A DNA stretch of 64,000 nt from Octopus vulgaris (taxonomy: Eukaryota). The position numbers were made by a program, and so were the translations under genes. The notes under the pieces are model-generated. The model worked only from the letters and a program-made list of their open reading frames with translations. It ran no database searches and was not told the DNA's origin. The stretch's first letter is position 1; each line of letters opens with the position of its first letter. This document shows positions 15,430 to 26,659 of the stretch, piece after piece. Location of the stretch: NCBI GenBank assembly GCA_951406725.2, contig OX597819.1:60264001-60328000 (forward strand), in the 5' to 3' direction.

Positions 15430-16335
15430 TGTCAAATGGTGAGAATTAGCAGAAAGATGAGCTATTTGAGTAGTAACTTTAGAAGGTTCAAGGGAGAACA
15501 GTTTGGCAGAATGATGATCATGTCATGTTAGAAAGACACGCGCATCACTTTAAAATATTGATAATAATAATGATAAGGTTACTGTAAAACAGTACTCAGG
15601 TGCACTACTCGTTAGAAAAGAGTAAAAGTGGAGACAGAAAGTGACAATAAGGTCAAATAAAGATAGACAAGCAATGAAAACTAAAAATACATGCATAGGG
15701 CTCTGGATAAAACATGAAAAGACAGAAAATACTCATAAAGATGAAAGCTGTATGGGTACATAGTCTTTTACTCTCTTTAACTTGTTTCAGTCATTTGACA
15801 GTGGCCATGCTGGAGCACTGCCTTTAGTGGAGCAAATCGAACCCAGGACTTATTCTTTGTAATCCTAGTACTTATTCTATATGTCTTTTGCCGAACCACT
15901 AAGTTACTGGGATGTAAACACACCAGCATCAGTTGTCAAGTGATGTTCAGGGGCTGGGGACAAACACAGATGCACAAACATATACATATATATACACGAC
16001 GGGCTTCTTTCAGTTTCCGTCTACTAAATCCACTCACAAGGCTTTGGTCGGCCCAAGGCTATAGTAGAAGACACTTGCCCAAAGTGCCACACAGTGGGAC
16101 TGAACCCGGAACCATGTGGTTGGTAAGCAAGCTACTTACCTCACAGCCACTCCTACGCAGGAGTAATGTTGGCAAATTTCAAGAAGCATGGAATTTTTGA
16201 AGGTTACAGTGTCCTGATAGCTAACAATGGATGTGGGTAGTTTATTCCATGCTTCAACAAATCTGAACATGGAAAAAATGTTTCCTAAAGTCTTGGGTGC
16301 TGCACTGTTTACTGATTTTATAAGCTTGTCCTTGG
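15430..16335 (-). mobile_element. CR1/L2-like LINE 3' remnant interrupted by a SINE
   Basis: Minus 16165-16330 reads ...FRFVEAWNKLPTSIVS...FKNS, like the CR1 C-terminal RVV..WN.LP...FK motif. Confidence 0.55.
15764..16158 (-). mobile_element. Octopus tRNA/CORE-type SINE (family A), near full length
   Basis: Minus: ggagtggctgtg...gggttcagtcccactg...ttgggcaagtgtcttctactatagcc...gactgaaacaag. Near-identical copies at 30087, 55153 and 62049. Confidence 0.88.
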
Positions 16336-16409
16336 ATGTTGTTTAATTTAAAAATTAGGCCCAAATTGTGTTAATTTCCTGGTTAATTTTATTTGTTTGA
16401 AGATCTTTG

Positions 16410-16703
16410 ATCTTTTACTTGTTTCAGTCATTGGACTCTGGCCAGTACTAATAATTTTTAAGTTTGGTACTTATTTTATTGGTCTCTTTTGCTGAACCAC
16501 TAGGTTATAGAGATGTAAACAAAATAACACCAGTTGTCAAGTGATGATGGTGGATCAAAGACAATCTCATATATCTTCCAGACAGTTTATGTCTATGAGA
16601 CTATAGTAGAAGACACTTGCCCAAGGTGCTGCACAGTGGGACTGAACCCTAAACCACATGGTTGCAGAGCGAGCTTCTTAACCTCACAGCTGTGCTTGTG
16701 CCT
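16410..16703 (-). mobile_element. SINE family A, degenerate
   Basis: Shares head and tail with 15764-16158 and has internal deletions. Confidence 0.75.
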
Positions 16704-17164
16704 ATGATATGGCCACTATATTATAGTGTTCTCGCTTTCTCTTCTGTGTGTGTTGCACAGTTGATGTTTATTTTAGGTCAAAGTACATAAATCTGTAACA
16801 TTAAAATTAATACTTTTTGGCAATGGTATATCTTGAAGCAAATGAAGCTATAAATAAAAGCATGTAAATATTGCATGAAAAGCCCCTATAGTAGAAAAAT
16901 GTCAAAGAATACCCTTAGGACATGAATCCACATCTCTAAACAAGACAGGCATTCTACATTGGATTAAAGGAATCTTTTGAATTTCTCTATTTTAGAAACT
17001 TTATTCTTGCAGCCTTAATTATTTTCTATCCAAAGTATTTTAAACCCAATATTTAGTTTTATTTACTTCAAGATACACCATTCCAAAAATAATTATTTCA
17101 CCTTTTCTTGAAATTTATAAATTCTTATGACGTGAACAACATTTTTTTTTATTTGAAATTTCAG

Positions 17165-17321
17165 GAAAACTATTTACCATCATATCTTGTCTACAAAATA
17201 TCACATCTTTGATTGCTTCTATAACTTTTAATGAAATATACAGTGCTACAGTCGCAATTGATCCAGGAATTTGCTACTACGGGTCTGCTGGAATAAGTAT
17301 CACACTGGTTTGCCTCTCTTT
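17165..17321 (+). CDS. SLC46A3: Penultimate coding exon of the SLC46-family transporter (last two TM helices)
   Basis: Acceptor ttttttttatttgaaatttcag| and donor tt|gtaagt; 157 nt, phase 1-2. Encodes (G)KLFTIISCLQNITSLIASITFNEIYSATVAIDPGICYYGSAGISITLVCLS, matching SLC46 G.LF....C........FN.IY.AT.....G. In frame with the previous exon. Confidence 0.85.
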
Positions 17322-18225
17322 GTAAGTCTGGTTATTTTCACATTACTTTATTTAAATTCCATATTACAAATGTTTCGATCTGCTTAAACCTTTTTCTTAT
17401 TAACAAATATACTTTTGCAAATTCTCAAAAACCTTCATTGTCACATCAATATATGTTATTAGTTCAATCCATTCCCCCAACTCGTGTCAGATCCTGTCTA
17501 ACTGTCTGACCCATGCCAGCTAGAAGATATCATCATCATCATTTTAGTATCCATTTTTCCATGCTTACATGGGTCAGATGGAATTTGTTGAGGCAGAATT
17601 TTCTATGGCTGGATGCCATTCCTGTCACCAACCCTCACTTGTTTCCAACAAAGGTAGTATTTCTTCACAGGTTTTCCACAAAAGACTGTAAATGAATAGA
17701 CAGTGATGCTCCTTTACAATTATCACATGATTTCAAGACAAGGGTACTCCCATAGCACACACACACACACTTCAAAAATAAAGACCATATTTAAAAAATT
17801 TCCCCTTTCTTCTTTGGATATTTGCTAGTCGAAGAAGAGATTTCTTTCTAGCTGTTCTACCTTAGTAGCCAAGCTGATGGAGATACCTCACAAAAGTACT
17901 TCAACTCTTTTGGAGTTGCTCTGCAACACCAGCTGCCTTACAGTGGGATATTATTATCAGCATTCCACTTGACAACTTGAAGACACCTGTCAGAGGACCC
18001 AGGTCAGCTTGACTAGGATGCTGTCGATTCCTTTTCTTTGCTGATGACTTATAGAATCACTCACTGAAAATCACTCAACTCTTTTGCTTCTGGTGTTTGC
18101 AGGATAAATAATTACAATAAACAAGTAATATACAGTAATCTGAAATGGAAAATAATACAGTAACAGGTTTGAAATACCATGCAAAATGAGAGGTGTCTGT
18201 TTAGTTTTAAGACATATATGTGTGT

Positions 18226-18284
<59 letters not shown>

Positions 18285-18340
18285 TATTTCATGATTATGC
18301 TTAGGCATAGTGATACTAATAGCCAGTTGTTAGAAATCAA

Positions 18341-18991
18341 TACACATATGCTTTAGAGTTAAATATTAATTAATGAATGACATCTGAAAAGGAGTGACAT
18401 CAACTTCATTAGCTTACTGCTGTTTCTTGTTTCAGTTCTGCACAAAAGGGGCTACACACATAGGGGACAAACAAGGACAGACAAACAGATTAAGTCGATT
18501 ATATCGACCCTAGTGCGTAACTGGTACTTATTTAATCGACCCCAAAATGATGAAAGGCAAAGTCGACCTTGGTAGAATTTGAACTCAGAACATAGCGGCA
18601 GACAAAATACCGCTAAGAATTTTGCCCAGCATGCTAACGTTTCTGCCAGCTCACCACCATCAGCTTACAGAAACGCCATATTTCTGCAATAAAACGCAGT
18701 GCACTCAGAGCTGAGTGCTTGTGCAATATCCTATAGTTTTTTTGTTTTTTTTTTATTCATTAAAATGAAGTGTGTGTTTATTTTGGAAATCATTTAAATA
18801 CATAGGATTTATGTATTTAAATTCTTTCCAAAATAAACATCATTTCATTTTAATGACTCCAAGGAAACTATAGGATGTTCACAAGCATTCAGCTCCTAGC
18901 ACACTGCTTGTTATTGCAGAAAAGCTAATGAAGTTGATGACATGACTCATTTTCAGTTGTCATCCATTACATAAATGTATGCATATGTGTA
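18341..18991. mobile_element. Fold-back MITE (axis ~18806) with a SINE inserted in its left arm
   Basis: tacacatatgc...catcaacttcattagctt pairs with aagctaatgaagttgatg...gcatatgtgta; the inner arms pair around aaatacata-gga-ttatgtattt. Confidence 0.8.
18418..18661 (-). mobile_element. tRNA-derived SINE (family B) with candidate TSD agcttac
   Basis: Minus head ggtggtgagctggcagaaacgttagc...ttctgagttcaaattc; agcttac at 18411-18417 and 18662-18668. Confidence 0.85.
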
Positions 18992-19522
18992 AGTGTGTGC
19001 ATGCATGTATGCTCAATGGGTATGTCTGTATGATTATTTACATTCTGTACTTTGCTTGAAACTAGCACTAAGTTACAAATGCTGTTCTCTGTTGATATTC
19101 CCTGTCTAAAAATTTTCCTCTAGCTCTGAGCTTTCAGAGGTGCATGGAATAAATAAATAAATATCTTTTAAGGATTGGTGACAGGAAGAGCATCTTGCTG
19201 TAAAACAAACAAATGAATTTTAGCTTACAATATTAGTTCAACTCTCCTCATAGGAAAAAAGCTAGCTCTTTTTCTAGGAAGAAGAGATAAGCATTAGACC
19301 AGCAACCCACTTGAATAAAACATCCAATATTGTGGAAGCCAGGTAGTGTGTGTGAAAGATATTTGAGGATGGAAAAGAAAAGGTTTTAATACAGCTGAAC
19401 AAAATAAGATTTCAATTCTTTCAATTCTTTGTGTATTTTTGAATTGCTATGAAACAAGAGCTTCACTCAGTTTCCTCTTTATTAAACATGTCTCTAAGTA
19501 GTGAGATTCCTAATGCACATTA

Positions 19523-19905
19523 TAGGTACAAATGTGGTTGCGTGGGGAAGAAACTTGCTTCCCAAATTTATGGTCTCAGATTGAGTGCCATTGTGTGGCA
19601 CCTTGGGCAAGTATCTTCTACTTTAGCCCCAGGCTGAACAAAGCTTTGTGAATGGATTTGGTAGACAGAAACTAAAAGAAGCCTATTGTATGTGTCTGTG
19701 TATTTGTGTATACCTTTCACTTGCTTTCATGTGATATTTGTAAATGAGCATCACTGTCATACAAGTGATGTTGTTTGTTTTCAGTGTTCCATGTTGGAAA
19801 GAAGTGAGGATTGGTGACAGGAAGGGCATCTAACTGTAGAAAATCTTCAACAGATTTTGTCTGACCCATGCAGGCATAGAAAAGTGGATGTTAAAACTGT
19901 GGTGA
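19523..19905 (+). mobile_element. SINE with family-A head and RTE-type tail
   Basis: ttgggcaagtatcttctac head followed by the ggtgacaggaagggcatc...gacccatgc tail; same structure as 56492-56925. Confidence 0.75.
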
Positions 19906-20039
19906 TGTCTTTTCATCAGCTCCATCAGACAACATCATAGTGCTGTTTTCTTTGTTGTTGTTTTTTACTGACATTTAAAATTTTTTTCCTATTTACTGTC
20001 TAAATATTTGAATTCAAATATAACCTCTTATTTTGACAG

Positions 20040-20121
20040 GTTTCTGTGGAGACGACATAATATGATAAAGAGCTACGTATTACTTCAAGAATCTGAAATC
20101 CCTGCCCCTGGGGAAACATAA
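20040..20121 (+). CDS. SLC46A3: Terminal coding exon of the SLC46-family transporter
   Basis: Acceptor ctcttattttgacag| with compatible phase 2. Encodes (L)FLWRRHNMIKSYVLLQESEIPAPGET*, with a YxxL/dileucine motif like the SLC46A3 tail. A candidate AATAAA lies near 20927. Confidence 0.7.
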
Positions 20122-22302
20122 CCAGTCTATGTTTAATTTTTATGATTTTCAAAAGTGGTGTGAGATGAAAGAGCCTGAAGTTATAGTGATTTGTTACTCA
20201 TACACACAATTTTATATTATAAAAAAGCCGATCTCCATCTGTCCATCTATCACAACATCTATTAGAGGGAGGGAAGAAGGGGAGAAGAAAAAGCTGTTGA
20301 GAGAGAAATACAGAGAGTGAAAGATAGATAGCTAGATAGGGAGTGTTATCACCATATTAACAAGTTTTGATTAAAATTCTGGAAATTTTGAGTGCAAGTC
20401 TGTCAACACAAAGCAACAGACTTCAGAAAAATAACTATATTTAGTTATTTTCTTGGTTGGTTGTGTGTGTGTATTTATGTATGTCTTTCAACATATAGAC
20501 AATGCAACAGATTTTTTAAAAAGCTTCACTACAATGATAGGTTGTTGTTGAGAGAAAGAAATAGTGTGTGTGTGTGTGAAAGTTAGTTTTAAAATTTAAT
20601 TCAAAACAACAAAAAAACAAAACAGGTTGTTGAGCAATACCAATGTGATCATTGCAGCAGGCTTTTGCTGAAGGTAGCAAAGTGACAAATAACAACTAAA
20701 CTGTGTGATTGGAAAAAGTAAGTCTGTCATTTAATTTCGAACAACTTTCTTTAAAAACTGTTTTTCTTGTTCTTAAACTAGCCTTATCTAGCTTTGGAAA
20801 CCTAACCGGTGCCAAAATTTCTCATTATTTTTATATAATGTATAGTGCTGTATATAGAACATGGCATATAACCAATGTTTAGAATTACATGTCATTTTTC
20901 ATATCTATCTATTGATATTCCAAGCAATAAATAAACAAGAATGGCAATAGGTTTTTACATTTCTTCAGTACATTCTTATACATATTTCACAAAAATGAAA
21001 ATGTCCATTATTAAATGTATTATCTTACAATCAGATTACATCATGCAGTCATCAGAGTTTATGTAACGAATGAAAAATTGGCCTTAATATTTTATAACAG
21101 CTCACCTGATACGTGGTTTCAACGGAATCTTTTAGGACTAGGATCAGGAGGGACATAACTCAATAACATTGAATGGTTAATTACTGATATCAATATAAAT
21201 TATAACCTATTATTGTCATCATCATCATCATTTTAATGACCATGTTTCCATGCTAGCTTGGATCACATGAAGTTCTCAGGTTAATTTCTTTATGGGCAAA
21301 TGCCCTTCTTGTCAGCAACTCTCACTTGAATTCATCAAAGTAAACTCTCTCTCTTACTATATCTCTCTCATATAAATATATATATATATCAGTCAATTCT
21401 GCTTAATTGTATATAGTTTTGGTGTTGGAAATTTTATGTAAGTGACTGAATTTACATGGCAGGCAATTAATTGTAAGATATTAATTGTAAGATATCAATG
21501 TTAAAAGATTTTGATTATATTACACTTGTAATAAAAAAAAAGTAAAATAAAGCAATATATTTTATGTAATATGTGGTTTGTTTTATGCTTCATTCAGCCC
21601 AATATGGTCATCTTTGGAATTATCCTCTATGAAGATTTTTCATTCCTTTTGATGTTCTCATACTTAACGAGTTTCTCACGTTCTAAATTCATCAGTGATA
21701 ACAACCCAAGTCATGCAGATTGTGAAACGTTTAAGCAAGGGCTAATAGAATCTCTTAAAAATAAAGGGATTGAAAATAGAAACAATACAGAACTGAAAAC
21801 AATAATTCTCGTAATAGTGATTTCAAATTTTTTGAGGGGAGGAGTAAGTCAATTATATTGACCGCAGTGCTTAACTGATACTCATTTTATCGACCCCAAA
21901 AAGTCGAAAGGGAAAATTGACCACCTCTGAAATTTGTGCTCAGAGTGTAAAGATAGATGAAATGCTGCTAAGCATTTTGTCCAGCATGCTTTACATTCCT
22001 GCCAGCTTGATGCCTTGATCCTTTCCATAATAAGAAGAGCTTGAAAATAGAAGCAATCTTATAATAATACAAGAATATTGCCCATCATTTAATTAGTAAT
22101 GCAACTATGAATAATATCAGGAATTGTTACATATTTTCAATTATAATTTTTGAAATCCAAAATTTTGCTACACAAAATTATGAAATAGAAACTCATTTTC
22201 AAAATAATATTTATGAATTAAAAATTAAATAAAATTCCTCATTTGTATATTTGCAAAAAAATATGCCATCAGTAACAACAGTATTGTTATATTATTAACT
22301 GA

Positions 22303-22679
22303 CTAGCAAACGCACCCGTCCTTTGGATGTTTCAAGTTGCTTTGGTGGTATTTTTTCACCAAGTAATTGAACTGCCGAGAAGGTTTATGAGTAGCACAGC
22401 AATTGAGATTGTGATGTTTTGACCAATGGATGTAAGGGAGACAACCAATATCTGAAAGTTACTTCACAAAGAGTTACCTCCATTGTCCACGTAACCCAGA
22501 AACGGGTGTTTTTCTCTTCCCAGGGATCCCTTTACTCATGTGAAAAATTTTAAGAGTAAAACCATCACTGGAGCATAAGTTATGTATGTTCCAAGTTTGG
22601 AGAAAATCAGTTGAAAAATATGGCTGTTATCTTTTACATTCATACACACACACAGACAGAACAGGATTTATATTATAGA
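22303..22679 (-). mobile_element. Non-autonomous Helitron
   Basis: Minus strand starts A|TCTATAATATAAA and ends with a degenerate hairpin then CTAG|T. Confidence 0.65.
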
Positions 22680-23162
22680 TTGTGGATGAGACATTTCCTG
22701 ATGTAACCAACAGTGACAAAAATATGTTCCAAATATTCATCATCGTCATCAATCCCAGGACATGACTGTCTCATATCCTAGAATGCTAGGACGTACAGGA
22801 ATGGTTACCTAGTTTCCATGGCATATAAGGGACATTCCCATTGTAGAGGATGCCACTGCTTTACAGGGTTACTTATTTACAGCTAATGAGCTGGAATTTC
22901 AGCTGATTGAAATAAAGTGTTTTGCTCAAGAACACATTACAGTGCCTGATCTGGGAATCAATACCCCAATCACACAACTGTGAGTACAACACCCTAACCA
23001 CTAGGCCATGTGTATTCAGCATGTGTAACACTAATTCAGTCATTGGTATACATACAGAGTGTGTGTGTGTGCGCGCGTAACTAATGGAGATTGGTCAGAG
23101 TTGTCTCTCTTTGGGAATAAACAAACAGTTGAAAACAAGAAACTGAAAGCAAAAACAATCCA

Positions 23163-24160
23163 TAATAATAATCCTTTCTACTGTATGCACAAGGCCTGAA
23201 AATTTGGGGGAGGGGATAATTGATTACATTGATCCTAGTACATAACTGGTACTTATTTCATCAACCCTGTAAGTCAACCTTGGTGGAATTTGAACTCAGA
23301 ACATAGTAGCAGATGAAATACCATTTAGCATTTCGTCCAGCATGCTAACGATTCTGCCAGCTCGCTGCCTTAATCCATAATAATAATAAAAAGATAGCCC
23401 TGATGCAGTGCCAGGCTGTGGCTCTCGTGGCTTCTGATCTTAACTGATTGGAAGTGTTATCATGTACATTGTTTTGTCTTGGTATAAAAGATGGGCTACA
23501 GCAAATATATTCTGCACAATACCACAGATTTGCTTGTCAGTCGTTTGACCTAAACCAGTCGACTCAGTGGAATTTGAACTAATGCAGCAACAGGCAAAAT
23601 ACGACTAAGTACTTCGTCCACCGTGCTAACGATTCTGCTTAATACTGTTTTGTAATATAAGTACCAGGTCACTAATTTCAGGAATGCATGATTTAATCCA
23701 CACCAGTATTTCAGCAACACTCATTTCTATTGACCCAGGAAAAGTTGAAAGGCAAAGTTGACCTTGTCATTATTTGAAACTTATAAAATAAAGGGACATA
23801 ACTAAATACCACAAAACATTTAATGCTTCGCTCTAGATTTTCTCCAACTCATTGCTCTCCCTTTAATAATAATTCTAAGTTTGGCACACGGTAACATTTC
23901 TTCTTTGGATAGAACCTACTTCATTAAAGTGGTTCTCTGAATGATAATCCTTTCTACAATAAGCACAAGGCCTGACATTTTAGAGGTGGGAGTTAGACGA
24001 TTACATTAACTCCAGCCCTTGATTGGTACTTGATTCATCGACTCTGAAGGGATGAAAGGCAAAGTTGACCTCAGTAGAATTTGAATTCTGAACATAAAGA
24101 TGGATGAAACGCTCCTAAGCATTTCGTCTGGTGCTAAGGATTCTGCCAGCTTGCTGTCCT
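23163..24160 (-). mobile_element. Cluster of family-B SINE copies (23163-23371, ~23560-23850, 23945-24160) mixed with (AAT)n
   Basis: Repeated gtcaacct..gtggaatttgaact...gctaacgattctgccagct. Confidence 0.75.
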
Positions 24161-24440
24161 CTTCTTAATAATAATATTAATAACAATTCTTTTATAAAAT
24201 AATAATAATAATAAGGACCTTTTGAGTGGGATGGGTTACTCGACCCGAAGAAAGTTCTAACTGGGCCCCATCTGCAAGGTCATGTACTGTTTATCTTGAT
24301 ATGAGACCACCATGTCGCGCACATATGGTACCTTTATCCACATAGTGTACCTTTATCAGATGGGTAGTCATGATGGGTATACTGGGCTTCATATATTTTA
24401 CCACAGTGTCACTTTGATGGCATGCACTGTTCTCTCACTC

Positions 24441-24469
<29 letters not shown>

Positions 24470-24471
<2 letters not shown>

Positions 24472-24782
24472 GGCCTTGTACCTGGAAGCTTAGTACTACG
24501 ATAATACCAGTAGTAATTGGTGCATTGGGAATGATAAAGAAGGGAGCTGAGAAGTATATCAAGCAACTACCTGGTAACTCCTGTCTCTGTGAACTACAAA
24601 AGGTAACCTTGATGGATACAGCCCATAAACTACGGAAAGCACTCTCCATATAAAATGGAATAAATCTGGTGATAATTTTAGCATGCATAGCAAAACGAAA
24701 GTGTGCTTGCAACCCCTGGCCTCCGGAGGATGCCCAGTACAAAGGTAGCTGAAATAAAGTTATAATGAAAGGAAACCATAAA
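24470..24782 (+). mobile_element. R4/Dong-like RLE non-LTR element, short 3' fragment
   Basis: TWKLSTTIIPVVIGALGMIKK...LQKVTLMDTAHKLRKALSI*, flanked by (AAT)n on both sides. Confidence 0.75.
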
Positions 24783-24802
24783 TAATAAATATAATAATAA
24801 TA

Positions 24803-25342
24803 ATGCAGAATGTGTGGTGAGAGGGGTGAAACAGCATGGCACATCATTAGTAAATGCCCAAAATTGGCACAACACAATTACAAAAGATGCCATGATAATG
24901 CGGCAAGAATGATCCATTGGGAACACTGTGGAAGTCATGGCCTACAAAGAGCAAAGACGTGGTATGAGCAAACTCCAGAAGGAGTCACTGAAAATGAGAA
25001 TTGTAAAATCCTTTGGGATGCAATGATCCATTGTGATTACCTGACTAGACATCGGAAACTGGACATTGTTGTGGTGAATAAAAAAAAGAACATGTATGAT
25101 AATCAACATAGCATGCTACGGTGACAACAGGATCAATGTGAAAGAAGAAGAAAAAATAAACAACTATGATGATTTGAAGAGGGAAATATGAAGTTTGTGG
25201 TTAATGAAGAGAGTAGATGTGGTGCCAATAGTAATTGGTGCGCTTGGAAGTATCAGCACTCAACTACCAACATGGCTGAAAAAGATTGGGGCAAGTATGA
25301 AGGTAGAACACCTACAAAAATCAGCAATGCTTGGAACGTTAA
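24803..25342 (+). pseudogene. R4/Dong-like zinc knuckle plus RLE endonuclease remnant
   Basis: CRMCGERGETAWHIISKC (CCHC), RCHDNAARMIHW, ILWD, RKLDIVVV, VPIVIGALG; frameshifted. Confidence 0.82.
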
Positions 25343-25697
25343 GACAGGCAAAATGCCGTTAAGCATTCTGCCCAGCATGCTAATGATTCTGCCAGCTCAC
25401 TGCCTCAGTAATAATAATAATAATAATAACGATAATGGTTTCAAATTTTGGCATGAAGCCAGCAATTTCAGGTGTACTCAACTGGTACTTATTTCGTTGA
25501 CCCTGAAAGGATGAAAAGCAAAGTCAACATCAGTGGAATTTGAACTCACAATATAAAGACAGGCGAAATGCCACAAAGCATTTTGCCTGGCATGGTAACG
25601 ATTCTGCTAGCTTGCTGTCATGATGATGATGATGACGATGACGACGACAACAAGAACAACAACAACAACAACAATAATAATAATAATAATAATAATA

Positions 25698-26530
25698 AAA
25701 GATCAATGCCTACCAACAAGGAACTACCAGGCCAACATGTTAAAGAACGGCAGTAGCCCAACATGTCGTGTATGTCAACAACAAAATGAAACCATTGATC
25801 ATGTTGTCTCCAAGTGCAGTCTTCTAGCGCCTACAGAGTATCTCAACAGGCATGATAGAGCTGCACAATATATTCACTGGGTAATCTGCAAAAACCTGGA
25901 AAAAAACTGGTGGGAACACAAACCACCTCCAGTGCTTGAAAATGACCACATCTCACTCCTCTGGAACTTCCCCATTCAAACTGACAAAAAGATAGATGCA
26001 AATAGGCCAGACATCATATTGAAAGACTTCAAACAAAGAACATGCCTCCTCATTGATATGACTGTTCCAATCGATATAAACGTATCTGTCGAGACCTACC
26101 AAAAACTGAGCAAATATAAAGATCTTGAAACAGAAATCAGCAAAATGTGGAACCTGAAGACTAAAACAATACCTGTTGTCATAGGTGCCCTGGGAATGAT
26201 AGCAAAAGGGGCTGATTGCTACCTAACTCAGATACCAGGAAACCCCAAAATGGCAGAAATTCAAAAGATAGTGCTCAAGGAAACTGCTCATATCCTATGC
26301 AAAATACTTTCTATGTAATCTCAAGTTTTAAAACAAACATAATTTTCGTATGTTGTTTTTTTTTTAGACATTCACTAGTACAACACTAAATACAAAACCA
26401 AATATATGGCACACTAGGCATAACAACAACACGAACTTCCAACCTGTTGTCTCTTGAGGTCTCTGGGTGAGACTTGGAGCCAACTTGTACAAATATAAAG
26501 CAAAAGTCAAACATAGAATAATAATAATAA
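25698..26530 (+). mobile_element. R4/Dong-like RLE element, 5'-truncated, with open C-terminal ORF (25698-26318) and 3' UTR
   Basis: CRVCQQQNETIDHVVSKC, RHD, NRPDII, LLIDMTVP, KLSKY, PVVIGALG (PD-(D/E)xK RLE); begins and ends in (AAT)n. Confidence 0.9.
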
Positions 26531-26659
26531 TGAGAAGAAGAAGAAGAAGAAGAAGAGTTGTAGTGCACCTGAGCAATATATACAATAAGTTCATTATTGT
26601 TACTATTAGCATAAGTATTAGTAGTAGTGGTCAACTACCTATATTACTGGACCATAGTT

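Noticed and set aside
21655-21700. CUGAUGA...GAAAC on the minus strand
   Set aside because: Stems I and II do not pair; treated as a chance match.
21620-21713. In-frame TGA followed by LGLLSLMNLERE (selenocysteine or readthrough?)
   Set aside because: No recognisable selenoprotein context or SECIS, and the exon itself is unproven.
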